IMG/VR virus record: IMGVR_UViG_3300022744_000022
Coordinates: 62,001 to 126,000 of that record
DNA: 64,000 nt
Direction: 5' to 3' (one strand)
The notes under the pieces were generated by a model. It did not search any database. It was not told the origin of the DNA and worked only from the letters and a program-made list of their open reading frames with translations. The position numbers and the translations under genes were made by a program. The stretch's first letter is position 1. Each line of letters starts with the position of its first letter. Positions 46,833-55,713 of this stretch are shown one piece after another.

Positions 46833-48422
46833 TCAACCGCTCAATGTGTGATTGTGCCCGTTTTGCGTATGATTGTGCCCGGAATCGGTCGTGCCATGGG
46901 TGTGCCCGGAGTCAGTTACTGAGATCCCTGTGGCGCTGGACCCTAAGGTATGGGTGTGCGAGGTCTGGTTTAGGTTCAACGTGTAGGTGTACCACACATC
47001 AACTCCGTGGTTACCATGATGAAGACCTACGACATCAAAGGTACCGTTCACGAGGTCCGTTGCCGAGAAGGTCCTGACTGCCCCGTCAACACTGACCTTT
47101 AGAAATGCCGTAACGTTGTCGTTAGGTACGCCATAGAGCGACCCCAAAGCGATAGTTACGCTAGCGCCCCCACCCACAGGGGCACTGTTCACGTAGTCGG
47201 TGACGAAAAAGAAGGGTTTGGCACCTGGCACGACTCCACCGCCGATTGGTTTGGTGAAGACCTCAGACAAAGCGCTACCGTTGCGGCCTGTGCCGTTGAT
47301 TGTGATTGTGCCACCTATCCAACCCGCTGGGAACGTCACGTCCATGGTGCGGGGCACCCCGGGCTGTGCAGTGGGGACGCTACTGGCGGCAGGTTGCGCG
47401 ATAGAACCCTGAGCCAAGCCGTCTATCTCTAGAGAATCCAGGGCATACCAGCCCGTCAATGTGATCGCGGTGTTTACAGCAGTCGTTGCCCCCACCGTAT
47501 GAGCGTGTCCGGGGTCTGAAACAGTGGTGTTAGCCGTACCACTGTTGACTGCGAGGCCTGTGGTACTTGAGTTGTTCGTGGGTGTGGTTGAGTCAACCGT
47601 GAGAGGGTCCGCGCCGCCTGCGTGCGTTGCAGCATGGTTGGTGGGGGTACGGGCGTCAGAAAGTCGGGGATCATTTCCTGCCGTAACCGTGTTGGCCGCT
47701 GCGCCGTATGGGACTTCTTCCCACGCTGTGTTCGTAGCGTTCCGTTTGAGAAAGCCGTTCGCGAGCTTGGCAGGAAGCGCGTCTGCTTGCAGACCAGCTA
47801 CTGACGGGGCCGGGTAAACGCCTGCCAAGTCGCCACTGGCTGGACCTACGGGTGGCCCCCCACCGAAGACGATGGGAGCATGCGTCCACTGGTTCAGGAA
47901 GGAATCAAAAATGAGAGTGTCCCCGTTACTCGGGGGCGGGACTTCAATCGGGATCCCCTCAAGGCCTACAACCGTGGGATTCGGGTATGTCCCCGAGAGG
48001 TCGCCACCTGCGGGGCCAGTTGGGGGGCTCCCTGAGATCCAGTTGGTGCCGTCGGACCAGTTGGGTCCATTTTCCGTTGTGTTCCAGACTACGGTCCCTG
48101 AGGGGTATCCCGCAGCATCCGGAAGGGTCAACGTCGTGTACACCTCTGGGGTGACAAACATCTGGGCGATGATGACGCCCACTTGATGGAACTTCCGAAT
48201 CGTGCCTGCCTCAAACGAGAGCAACGAACGGCTAGATCCCGCGATGTCGATGAAGCCGCCCACCGGGACATAGCAGGCGACTTTACGATTCTGGTTCTCG
48301 TACCCCACGTCCAGATCGTTGATCAGGACCGGATTCGTGTTGGGACGCCCATCGGCCAGCAAGCCCGTGTGGGTCAGCCGGATCAGAAGGACCGGGCGGG
48401 GGGCTGGGTTCGGCGTGGGCAT
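46833..48422 (-). CDS. virion fibre-like protein
   Basis: Two GPAxGDLxGxYPxPxV repeats, GNDPRLSDAR, HAATH, and DPGHAH/HTH/HNH repeats typical of trimeric fibres. Confidence 0.65.
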   Translation of the reverse strand: MPTPNPAPRPVLLIRLTHTGLLADGRPNTNPVLINDLDVGYENQNRKVACYVPVGGFIDIAGSSRSLLSFEAGTIRKFHQVGVIIAQMFVTPEVYTTLTLPDAAGYPSGTVVWNTTENGPNWSDGTNWISGSPPTGPAGGDLSGTYPNPTVVGLEGIPIEVPPPSNGDTLIFDSFLNQWTHAPIVFGGGPPVGPASGDLAGVYPAPSVAGLQADALPAKLANGFLKRNATNTAWEEVPYGAAANTVTAGNDPRLSDARTPTNHAATHAGGADPLTVDSTTPTNNSSTTGLAVNSGTANTTVSDPGHAHTVGATTAVNTAITLTGWYALDSLEIDGLAQGSIAQPAASSVPTAQPGVPRTMDVTFPAGWIGGTITINGTGRNGSALSEVFTKPIGGGVVPGAKPFFFVTDYVNSAPVGGGASVTIALGSLYGVPNDNVTAFLKVSVDGAVRTFSATDLVNGTFDVVGLHHGNHGVDVWYTYTLNLNQTSHTHTLGSSATGISVTDSGHTHGTTDSGHNHTQNGHNHTLSG

Positions 48423-48468
48423 ACCAAGAGCCCCGCACTAAAGGATCCCCTAATCGTTCTCGTAGGGC

Positions 48469-48831
48469 ATGGCGCTCAATGACCTGGACCGTTGGAACCG
48501 CAAGCAAGCGGCATACATTCGCCGGAAAGCCCTGCAAGAGCGGGCCATCAACCATCTGGGCGGTAAGTGCCGGATTTGCGGCTACGACAAATGCATGGCG
48601 GCCCTGGACTTCCACCACACCGATCCTCAAGGCAAAGACTTCAACATCTCGTCGGGCCTGACTTCGTGGGAACGGATCAAACCTGAGCTTGAGAAGTGCG
48701 TGCTCTTGTGCTCGAACTGCCACCGTGAAGTTCACGACGGGTTGCACCCGGGGTACCTCGAACTCGATGGCGCTTGGGGCTCACAGTACGACACGGGTGT
48801 AGAGGATGAGCTGGAGTTGATGGACTCATGA
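48469..48831 (+). CDS. HNH endonuclease-like protein
   Basis: LGGKCRICGY...LDFHH...LCSNCHREVH. Confidence 0.8.
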   Translation: MALNDLDRWNRKQAAYIRRKALQERAINHLGGKCRICGYDKCMAALDFHHTDPQGKDFNISSGLTSWERIKPELEKCVLLCSNCHREVHDGLHPGYLELDGAWGSQYDTGVEDELELMDS

Positions 48832-49262
48832 GAGCCTATTGGTTAGACGCAAAAGAGTGCCTGGATCTCCCTCTTGAGGAGTTGCAACGGCACGGGGTTC
48901 TGTACGAATTGATCCCAGTTAACGACCCTTGGCCCCACCTGAATCGAATCAAGGCGGAGCGAGGGTACGTTGCTGAGGACTTGGTGGACCTGAACGCAAC
49001 GCGGCCGGATTTCGAGAAGCTGGGCCAGGCGTTCAAGCGTGAGCATTCTCACGATGAGGACGAGGTTCGCTTCATCCTCTCGGGCGGCGGGACCTTCGAC
49101 ATCCGGTCAAACGATGACTGCTGGATGCGCGTCTGGGTTGAGCCCGGGGACCTGATCATCATCCCGGCGGGTCGCCACCACCTGTTCCACTTGACCAGCG
49201 AAGGCATCGAGGCCATCCGGCTGTTCAAGAACGAGGCGGGCTGGGTGCCTAGCTACCGTTAG
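48828..49262 (+). CDS. mtnD: acireductone dioxygenase (ARD, cupin)
   Basis: EHSHDEDEVRFILSGGGTFDIR...PGDLIIIPAGRHHLF. Confidence 0.88.
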   Translation: MRAYWLDAKECLDLPLEELQRHGVLYELIPVNDPWPHLNRIKAERGYVAEDLVDLNATRPDFEKLGQAFKREHSHDEDEVRFILSGGGTFDIRSNDDCWMRVWVEPGDLIIIPAGRHHLFHLTSEGIEAIRLFKNEAGWVPSYR

Positions 49263-49263
49263 A

Positions 49264-50106
49264 TCAACGGGGAACAGCACCGACCATCGCCAGGGGCTCG
49301 TTTGAAAGCTCGAACCGCATCACCTGCTCAAACCCGACAGGGACCCGAAGGAAGGGCCCGTCGAGATACAGGGTGGCATCGGTCGTGAGGCTGGTGAATA
49401 TGAACTCGTCCCCCAGCCAGACCAAGGAGCCCGTCTCGGTTTCAGAGCAGACCTCACGCACAACGGTTTGAAGCCGCTTCGAGCGAAGGGGCAGCACTGT
49501 TCCGCCCGAAGACCTGATGGCCCCCGTGGAGCCCGCTCCAGTGCCCACCCAAAGCCCTGAGCAGGCATAACGAATCTTCCCTGGGGGTGCCACGCGGGTC
49601 ATGGCTGCCGGGCACGTGTGGCTGAACAGGGCCTCGTTGAGCACTCGGCGGCTCACCACCTGTTTGTCCACCGTCACGGACATCCGGGGGATCAGGGTGA
49701 CCTTACGTTCGTCTGAGAGCGCTTTCTTGAGCGCCTTGGTCAACAGGTGCTTTCTCTCGAAGATCTGGCAGAAGCGGCCCTTACTGAGCACTGGGTCACT
49801 GTTGATCGCGAACAGGAAAGCCTTAGGGCCGATGTTGTGGCTCGCCGACAAGACCGTGCCATCCCCGCCCACGGTGATCACGAGGTCCCCGTGCCCCGCC
49901 TTGAAGCTCTGCCCCGCACCTTCCACGACCCACGGCTTCACCTTGAGTTCGTGCAAGACGGTCGAGACGAGATTCACGGTACGCATGTGACGCTCGTGAG
50001 AGCCCTCCATGCGGAGCCTCGATACAGGGCTGAGCTTACCGAACTGATCGGGGCTCATGAGGTACTGCTCCCAAGTGGATTGCTTTTTGACGAGGATCAC
50101 CCTCAT
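49264..50106 (-). CDS. nadK: NAD kinase
   Basis: VGGDGT, LNEA, SGLWVGTGAGSTG, YLDG. Confidence 0.88.
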   Translation of the reverse strand: MRVILVKKQSTWEQYLMSPDQFGKLSPVSRLRMEGSHERHMRTVNLVSTVLHELKVKPWVVEGAGQSFKAGHGDLVITVGGDGTVLSASHNIGPKAFLFAINSDPVLSKGRFCQIFERKHLLTKALKKALSDERKVTLIPRMSVTVDKQVVSRRVLNEALFSHTCPAAMTRVAPPGKIRYACSGLWVGTGAGSTGAIRSSGGTVLPLRSKRLQTVVREVCSETETGSLVWLGDEFIFTSLTTDATLYLDGPFLRVPVGFEQVMRFELSNEPLAMVGAVPR

Positions 50107-50351
50107 CGGATGTCCATTTTGGTGTTGTCCCCAAACTTGATGGCCTTACCCACGGCCTTAGAGAGAGGGATCTCCAGCATCACCGCCAGCATCCCGAAGA
50201 TACGGGATGCATTGTAGAGGGAGCATTCGATGGTTTGGCAGGTCTCCCCCTCCCCACACACGATCATGAGTCGTTCACGTCCCTGATCGTCGGTCACACG
50301 GCGGACCGCAACTTGACCATCATCTGGTTCTCGGAGAGCTTGCTTGAACAT
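50103..50351 (-). CDS. hypothetical protein
   Basis: Tightly packed minus-strand ORF. Confidence 0.55.
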   Translation of the reverse strand: MFKQALREPDDGQVAVRRVTDDQGRERLMIVCGEGETCQTIECSLYNASRIFGMLAVMLEIPLSKAVGKAIKFGDNTKMDIR

Positions 50352-50361
50352 TGTGTCACCT

Positions 50362-50604
50362 CTACCAAGTTGCCCGCTCGGAAGGTTTCCCCACCGGCAT
50401 TACCGTCAACTGTACATCGTCATCGAGGTTCCAGTCGCGTAGCGCTTCGAGCGGGGAGAACTCATCGGACTCTTTGATCGCTGCAATCACATCGGCGGCT
50501 GTCGGGTTCTCAGGGGCATCCCCGTCAGGCCAGATCTGCTGGATCGAAAGAGTAACGCTCAGGTTCATGTCCAAGATGAACCGCTTCTCGTTGTCTGCCA
50601 TCAC
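50362..50604 (-). CDS. hypothetical protein
   Basis: IWPDGDAPENPTAADV...DWNL. Confidence 0.6.
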   Translation of the reverse strand: MMADNEKRFILDMNLSVTLSIQQIWPDGDAPENPTAADVIAAIKESDEFSPLEALRDWNLDDDVQLTVMPVGKPSERATW

Positions 50605-51068
50605 TTCACCGCGTCCCTTGCATCCCCTACGATTTGATCGAGACTCACGAGCACGTCACTCGCCTCCCCCAGGGGGTACGTGGGGCGGAACTTAGGCAGC
50701 ACTTCCAACGTGTACCCCAGACCCCCTGCGGAGCCATCCACGATGTACTCGGTGGGCCCCCGTTTGGACGCCTCAGCGGCGGCTTTCTGGGAAGCTGCGC
50801 TTGTGCGACAACCGTTGGGGCACTCGAAACGCTTGTAGAGCGCCTTGCCGACCCCATTCGCGCCTTCGTTGAAGACCAAGCCCTCACAGCACTCGCTGCA
50901 CAGAGCGGTGCCCCGAGATGCGGAGGGACCTAAGTTCAAGGGTTGATCCGTCACGAGCATCCCGACGATGGCGTAGCGGTAGACGGGCTTGCCGTCCTTG
51001 TCCTTGGCTTCGGTGGGGTGGTCTTCTGTCTGCCGTGGCCAGATGACGGCCCGTAGGTGTTCACGCAT
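50601..51068 (-). CDS. hypothetical protein with Cys pairs
   Basis: Start inferred at MREHLRAV; CSECC, CPNGC. Confidence 0.55.
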   Translation of the reverse strand: MREHLRAVIWPRQTEDHPTEAKDKDGKPVYRYAIVGMLVTDQPLNLGPSASRGTALCSECCEGLVFNEGANGVGKALYKRFECPNGCRTSAASQKAAAEASKRGPTEYIVDGSAGGLGYTLEVLPKFRPTYPLGEASDVLVSLDQIVGDARDAVK

Positions 51069-51255
51069 TGCTAGCTCCAGGTTTCCGAGGCCAGTGGATT
51101 GACAAGATCCAATACACCTCAGTGTCACGCTTCTCTCGGGAGAACGTGAGCACCCAAGCCAAAGGGTTAATAGGGTGGTTCCACTTAGGGGCGAGCCACA
51201 CCGTCAAAAAGATGCCTGCCCACAAGGCAGCGAACGCCCAAACCAAAGTCACCAC
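51061..51255 (-). CDS. small membrane protein
   Basis: N-terminal hydrophobic helix. Confidence 0.45.
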   Translation of the reverse strand: MVTLVWAFAALWAGIFLTVWLAPKWNHPINPLAWVLTFSREKRDTEVYWILSIHWPRKPGASNA

Positions 51256-51257
51256 TT

Positions 51258-51749
51258 TCAGCTCCTGCGTGCCGAACCTTGGAAATGTGCGTTGGGGTGC
51301 AGCCGGGCACCATCGAGCAAGATAGGCTTTTCGTCGGGCATGACCTTGTAAAGAGGAAGCCCGAGATGAGCGCTGTCATGGATTGCGTGGGCACCATCTC
51401 GGAACGGGAGATCCTCAGCGCCCTCTGGCCGTCGGCCCGAACCGCCCTGTGTGACCGTTTGACCCAAGGGGTAACCCAAGAGCTGCCCCAACAGGTGCCG
51501 CACGACCAAACGGTACACGACCTTGAACTCCCGCCACTCGTTGATCGAAACGTAGGCTAGCTCCAACCGAGGGACCGGAAGCTCGGGGTCGTCTTGCAGC
51601 TCTTGGGCACACCGCCAACCATCCTTGGACCCCTCCAAAGCCTGCTGGAGTTCCTCGATGGTTTCACGAGCTTCCTCCAGCTCCTGATCCTTGGCTTCAA
51701 GGAGGTCTTCGAGACGCTCTAGAGCTGCTTCGACTTTTTCAGAAGACAT
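51258..51749 (-). CDS. hypothetical protein, N-terminal coiled coil
   Basis: Heptad acidic N-terminus. Confidence 0.6.
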   Translation of the reverse strand: MSSEKVEAALERLEDLLEAKDQELEEARETIEELQQALEGSKDGWRCAQELQDDPELPVPRLELAYVSINEWREFKVVYRLVVRHLLGQLLGYPLGQTVTQGGSGRRPEGAEDLPFRDGAHAIHDSAHLGLPLYKVMPDEKPILLDGARLHPNAHFQGSARRS

Positions 51750-51750
51750 G

Positions 51751-52848
51751 TCAGCCCATCCCCAGGATGATGCTCATGCAGACCTGATCGAGTTTCTTGC
51801 GGTCCGGCTGCTTGGGCAACCCCGAGGTCTTGACCAACTCGTTCAGCTCTGCGTCTTGCTTGTCCGAGTACGCCACGAGTTCTTCGTAGGTCCACTTGCC
51901 GTGACGGATCTCCAGAAGCTCTTGAGCATCGGGACGACGCACGCGGATCACGCCGTCGGTCAAGATCTCACGGCACATGCGAGAGAGCCGGACGAGGTGC
52001 ATCGCATGCTTGGTGTCGTAACCCCACTTGGCCTCAAGCTCAGCACGAGCCGGGTTGCGGGTCTTGACCCAGGTCTGATAGTTCTGCCACTCCCTGAGAC
52101 GGCCCGTGTAACGACGCTCCAGGTCCAGCAGGTGGATGAAGTTGGTATCGAACCCGACGGCCCGAGAGGCGGCGGTCCAAACCCGCTCATCCACCTGATC
52201 TTCACCCCACTGCGTGATCTCAAGCAAGCGACGGCTGAACTCGTCCTGCATCGCTTGACGCAACGCGGGATCCAAGTGCTCCATCTCGTGCCACGACCAC
52301 TGGTCGATCTGCTTCTGGATGGCCGCCTGAGCCGCCGCAAGCTGATCTGCGGGGATCACGGTCCGCTCGGGCAGGTCGAACTCAGCCCGGGTGGGCGGAG
52401 CCTTGGGAGGGTCCTTGAGCCAGCGGTAGTGGGCGTTGATACGCTTCATCTGGGCACGGCTGTACCCAGAGAAAGTGTGCTTGGCCTTCTGGCTGATGAA
52501 AGCCTGACGGGCCTCAAACAGCTTCTCCATGAGCGGGTGGACCAGCAGGTGGTCACTGGGGTCCGTGAAGATGATCTCTAGAGCGTTCGGGTTGGCGTCA
52601 GCCGCCAAGTGCATGAACTTCCGGAGGTCGAAAATCGTGAGATCCACCGGCTGGCTTTGGACCGCCTGCTCGAAGACCTCGGAGATCCCGAGGTAGTAGT
52701 GGATGGGCGCTACCGCGATACCCCGGATGTCCATGTCGCTGGTGGGCAACGATGTTCCGTACGCATGACTGCCGTGGCGAGTCATAAAGAGCGTGCGCTC
52801 GGGGAGCCACTTGAGATTGCCTGTGTACTGCGTCCAGTCGAAAGTCAT
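51751..52848 (-). CDS. Pol-beta superfamily nucleotidyltransferase (YcgL/T4 NrdC.11-like)
   Basis: HGSHAYGTSLPTSDMDIRG, NPNALE, FSGY, YDTKHAMHLVRL. Confidence 0.85.
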   Translation of the reverse strand: MTFDWTQYTGNLKWLPERTLFMTRHGSHAYGTSLPTSDMDIRGIAVAPIHYYLGISEVFEQAVQSQPVDLTIFDLRKFMHLAADANPNALEIIFTDPSDHLLVHPLMEKLFEARQAFISQKAKHTFSGYSRAQMKRINAHYRWLKDPPKAPPTRAEFDLPERTVIPADQLAAAQAAIQKQIDQWSWHEMEHLDPALRQAMQDEFSRRLLEITQWGEDQVDERVWTAASRAVGFDTNFIHLLDLERRYTGRLREWQNYQTWVKTRNPARAELEAKWGYDTKHAMHLVRLSRMCREILTDGVIRVRRPDAQELLEIRHGKWTYEELVAYSDKQDAELNELVKTSGLPKQPDRKKLDQVCMSIILGMG

Positions 52849-52878
52849 AGGGTTCTTTCTACACTACTACACCGAAAC

Positions 52879-53502
52879 TCACCAGCCGTAGCGGCTGTCC
52901 TGACGCTTTTCACGACGCTTCTGGCTCTTGAGCTGATCCCGGCACCACGAGTCCATCCAACCGCCTTGGACAAGGCTGGAGCGGAACCGGCGGTGAAGCG
53001 TGGTCATCTCGGGCAGGTTGTCCGTGGTGATGTTGGGCCAGATATCGAAGTAGATGCAGTCGAACTTGGTGCCCTTCGCGGGCTTGTACTCGAAGATGTC
53101 CCCCTGGATCACCTCCACCTTGGCCGGGAGCGTGCCCTTCACGAGATCGATGACGCCTTGGCTCTTTTCGAGCACGGTGATCTTGGTCACCTCGGGCTTG
53201 GCCGCGATGGGGTGCAAGATCATTCCGATCCCGAGGCCCGCGATGAATACATGGCCGTGAGCGTTCCAGACCACTGCACGGTTGGTCCGCTTCTCGTTCT
53301 GGGTGTCGGTCATCATGAGGGTCCGACCGACCGTCAGTTGAGCGTAGGAGCCTTCGGGGACATAGGATCCAGGGTGCTGGAAAGCCCGCATCGCGGTGAA
53401 CTTGGAGTCCGCTTCGCTCACGGTGAAGTGCGTGATTTCAGCGTCCCCGCTCTTACCCGGCGGGAGGATTTCGACCATCTTGGGGAACGTCAGAGTTGTC
53501 AT
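52879..53502 (-). CDS. class I SAM-dependent methyltransferase, spermidine-synthase-like fold
   Basis: MMTDT..E, FIAGLGIG, VLEKS, IQGD, YFDIW. Confidence 0.75.
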   Translation of the reverse strand: MTTLTFPKMVEILPPGKSGDAEITHFTVSEADSKFTAMRAFQHPGSYVPEGSYAQLTVGRTLMMTDTQNEKRTNRAVVWNAHGHVFIAGLGIGMILHPIAAKPEVTKITVLEKSQGVIDLVKGTLPAKVEVIQGDIFEYKPAKGTKFDCIYFDIWPNITTDNLPEMTTLHRRFRSSLVQGGWMDSWCRDQLKSQKRREKRQDSRYGW

Positions 53503-53536
53503 GCCGGTACTACAACCAGGGTCCGGGAAACTCTAG
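53503..53536 (-). promoter_or_regulatory. bipartite promoter-like motif CTAGAGTTT-N15-TA
   Basis: CTAGAGTTTCCCGGACCCTGGTTGTAGTACCGGC-ATG; same spacing as copies at 54475, 59203 and 37851. Confidence 0.6.
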
Positions 53537-53971
53537 CTATCTAGTGACGATTTCACCTGACGACACTAGGGTTGCCTTGCTCATCAGGGTCTTGTTGGAC
53601 ACTACCCAACGATCAGCGTTGGCCGGGATGTCGGAGAAGTAACTGTTGGCTTCCCAACTGTCCTTGAACATGTCGTACACGATGCGTGGTGTGTCTTTCC
53701 CGCACCCAAAGGCTTCTGCTACCTGCTGGATCAAGTCCGGAGTCGAGGGCTGGAGCACCGATTTGCGTTCCTCCAGGCAGAAGAACCACTCGTGTGGGTC
53801 GCTCTTTACCCTGAAGCAGTACATGATCTCGTAGAGCTGCTTCTCAACCCTAACCAAGGAGCCGGGCTGCCACCGTAGCTTGGGCGGCTTGCCTGCCTGC
53901 ACGACCATGCGGCCCCTAGCTTCGGGGCCGCGAAGCCCCGTCATAGGGGGCACCTGAATGCTCTTTTTCAC
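53537..53971 (-). CDS. hypothetical protein
   Basis: 144-aa ORF in the minus-strand array. Confidence 0.6.
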   Translation of the reverse strand: MKKSIQVPPMTGLRGPEARGRMVVQAGKPPKLRWQPGSLVRVEKQLYEIMYCFRVKSDPHEWFFCLEERKSVLQPSTPDLIQQVAEAFGCGKDTPRIVYDMFKDSWEANSYFSDIPANADRWVVSNKTLMSKATLVSSGEIVTR

Positions 53972-54216
53972 TGAGTCGCTCCGGGGCCTCGAAAGAGCTT
54001 CTTGGCCGCTTGGTTCTTGGCCGCCGCAACGAGACTGGCTTGCGTGGCCTCGGAACGGAACGCGATCTGGGGGTAGCGCCCCTCCAGCTTCTCGAAATGC
54101 TGCATGTAGGTCTGGTACGCCCGTTCCTGAACTCGGATGTGGGATCCGTCCGTGAGGATGTAGCGAGCCAGCAGGCTCACGAGCTTGCGCTTGTCCGCCG
54201 ACTTTACTTTAGGCAT
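53968..54216 (-). CDS. hypothetical basic protein
   Basis: GGAG SD; 82 aa. Confidence 0.55.
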   Translation of the reverse strand: MPKVKSADKRKLVSLLARYILTDGSHIRVQERAYQTYMQHFEKLEGRYPQIAFRSEATQASLVAAAKNQAAKKLFRGPGATQ

Positions 54217-54219
54217 GAC

Positions 54220-54441
54220 CTACTCCCTTTCGCCTCTGGTCAGCACCTCGATCTGCGAAGCCAGTGGGTCCAGGGGCCACGGCTTGCCATTGAAGTGGGT
54301 TACCACAAGCCGTAGTGATCCCGTGTCGGCATCGTGGTAGCAGTCGCGTACGTCACCCAGCAGGCGCATGGTGCCGATGTCGCAGACGATCTGCGCATGG
54401 ATGTAGTTGGGCTCAGATGCCTGGAACTTGGTATTTGGCAT
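54220..54441 (-). CDS. hypothetical protein
   Basis: Preceded by the bipartite motif at 54475-54442. Confidence 0.6.
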   Translation of the reverse strand: MPNTKFQASEPNYIHAQIVCDIGTMRLLGDVRDCYHDADTGSLRLVVTHFNGKPWPLDPLASQIEVLTRGERE

Positions 54442-54475
54442 GCCGGTACAACACCTGAGCCCGGAGAAACTCTAG
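54442..54475 (-). promoter_or_regulatory. bipartite promoter-like motif
   Basis: CTAGAGTTTCTCCGGGCTCAGGTGTTGTACCGGC-ATG, near-copy of the 53536 site. Confidence 0.6.
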
Positions 54476-54516
54476 GGATGGTACTTCGAGCGGCACTCGT
54501 TGCACTGCGGCTGGTT
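54472..54516 (-). pseudogene. C-terminal fragment of split Zn-finger gene (NQPQCNECRSKYHP*)
   Basis: Supplies the second CxxC pair missing from the 55878 ORF. Confidence 0.7.
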
Positions 54517-54539
54517 CGCATTCGTTGCTTTGCACGAAC

Positions 54540-54830
54540 TCACGATTCGTCCCCCGGAAACGCGAGCCTGCACAGGACACCCACGCCAAAGGCATTTGCC
54601 CGCTCCTCGTTAGCGAGTCGAACGCGGAGGGCCTCGCGGCCTGCTCGCTCGGAGGCGAGGCATCGGCGCGCCCGACGCAGATCGCGCTCCAGTGCGGCGA
54701 CCAGCTCACGCAACCTGGAAACCTCGTCTTTTCGGGCCTGCCTGTCCGCATGGGACAAAGCCGCCGGCATGCGCTCATCTGCCTCGCTGGACAAGAGGCG
54801 CGAGCCTCGTCTGTACGCCGCCGCGCTCAC
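54540..54830 (-). CDS. hypothetical coiled-coil protein (element cargo)
   Basis: GGAG SD; 4-nt overlap with the upstream cargo gene. Confidence 0.5.
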   Translation of the reverse strand: MSAAAYRRGSRLLSSEADERMPAALSHADRQARKDEVSRLRELVAALERDLRRARRCLASERAGREALRVRLANEERANAFGVGVLCRLAFPGDES

Positions 54831-55471
54831 GACTTCTCCTCTTGGTCGTAGAACCAGATTGCAGTGCTCAGCTCTCTCGAATCGTGCTTCGCGGCGTCGC
54901 TGACCTCGCAGTCTTCCAGGCGATCCTCCCAGCTGTAGGCTGTCAACTGACGGGCCAGCATCACGACCTCTTCGGCCTTTTTGAGTCTCCGTTCGGCAGC
55001 GCCGGCCCTAGCGATCCACTCGTCCATCTCGTCGAGCAAGTGCGTCACACGCACCCCCAGGCCGTCGAAGATGACTGCGCGCCCGTCGAGCGCATCGAGC
55101 ACCTCGCGCAGCCTCACGTCCTCCGGCTTGGCCAGCTCCTCAGCGAGACTCTCGATGCGCATCGCCATCGACTCGACCTGTCTGGCTAGCGAGGCGTTTT
55201 CGGAACTGAGGTGATCGCTGTTCGAGCGCAGGACTTCGTTTTCACGAAGCAACTCACGGTTCCGCTCCTCCCAGTGCCGATTACAGCCCGGAGAAAGCTT
55301 GCACACGCCATCCTGGCCGCAGTCCTCGATCTCGCTGCGCTGCCGGATCTTCGGCAACGCGCCGCTGCATGTCATCGTCTCGCGGTCGTAGTTGCGCACC
55401 ATGCCGCAATGCGAGCAGACAGACCAACCCTCGCGCTCGTGTTTCGTCCACTCGTGCCCGGGGCTGCTCAC
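54827..55471 (-). CDS. Zn-ribbon and coiled-coil hypothetical protein (element cargo)
   Basis: GGAGG SD; HEW...CSHCG...C, CKLSPGC..HWEERN, heptads. Confidence 0.6.
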   Translation of the reverse strand: MSSPGHEWTKHEREGWSVCSHCGMVRNYDRETMTCSGALPKIRQRSEIEDCGQDGVCKLSPGCNRHWEERNRELLRENEVLRSNSDHLSSENASLARQVESMAMRIESLAEELAKPEDVRLREVLDALDGRAVIFDGLGVRVTHLLDEMDEWIARAGAAERRLKKAEEVVMLARQLTAYSWEDRLEDCEVSDAAKHDSRELSTAIWFYDQEEKS

Positions 55472-55677
55472 GACACACCTCCGCTGTTAACCGCGCGCTT
55501 CGTTCGCGCGGTGTAAAATTTCGGGTCGCGGAGTTTGTGAGCCAGCCTGTGAGCCTCAGCCTTGCTCAAAGGGCTCTCTCCGAGGTGGGTTTTGGTCCAA
55601 GCGCGGCGTCCGTCGAACACGTCAACGGCCCAGCCTTGCTTGTCATCTCGCGGTCTTACGTGGATACAGAGTTTCAT
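55468..55677 (-). CDS. hypothetical protein (element cargo)
   Basis: 69-aa ORF inside the insertion. Confidence 0.5.
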   Translation of the reverse strand: MKLCIHVRPRDDKQGWAVDVFDGRRAWTKTHLGESPLSKAEAHRLAHKLRDPKFYTARTKRAVNSGGVS

Positions 55678-55713
55678 GGCTCGTTAAATTCTCCGGCTGT
55701 TAACTTCGCGGAT

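Noticed and set aside
52879-53502. Firm spermidine synthase (speE) call
   Set aside because: The glycine loop is GLGIG rather than the GGG(D/E)G typical of aminopropyltransferases; kept as a methyltransferase-fold protein.
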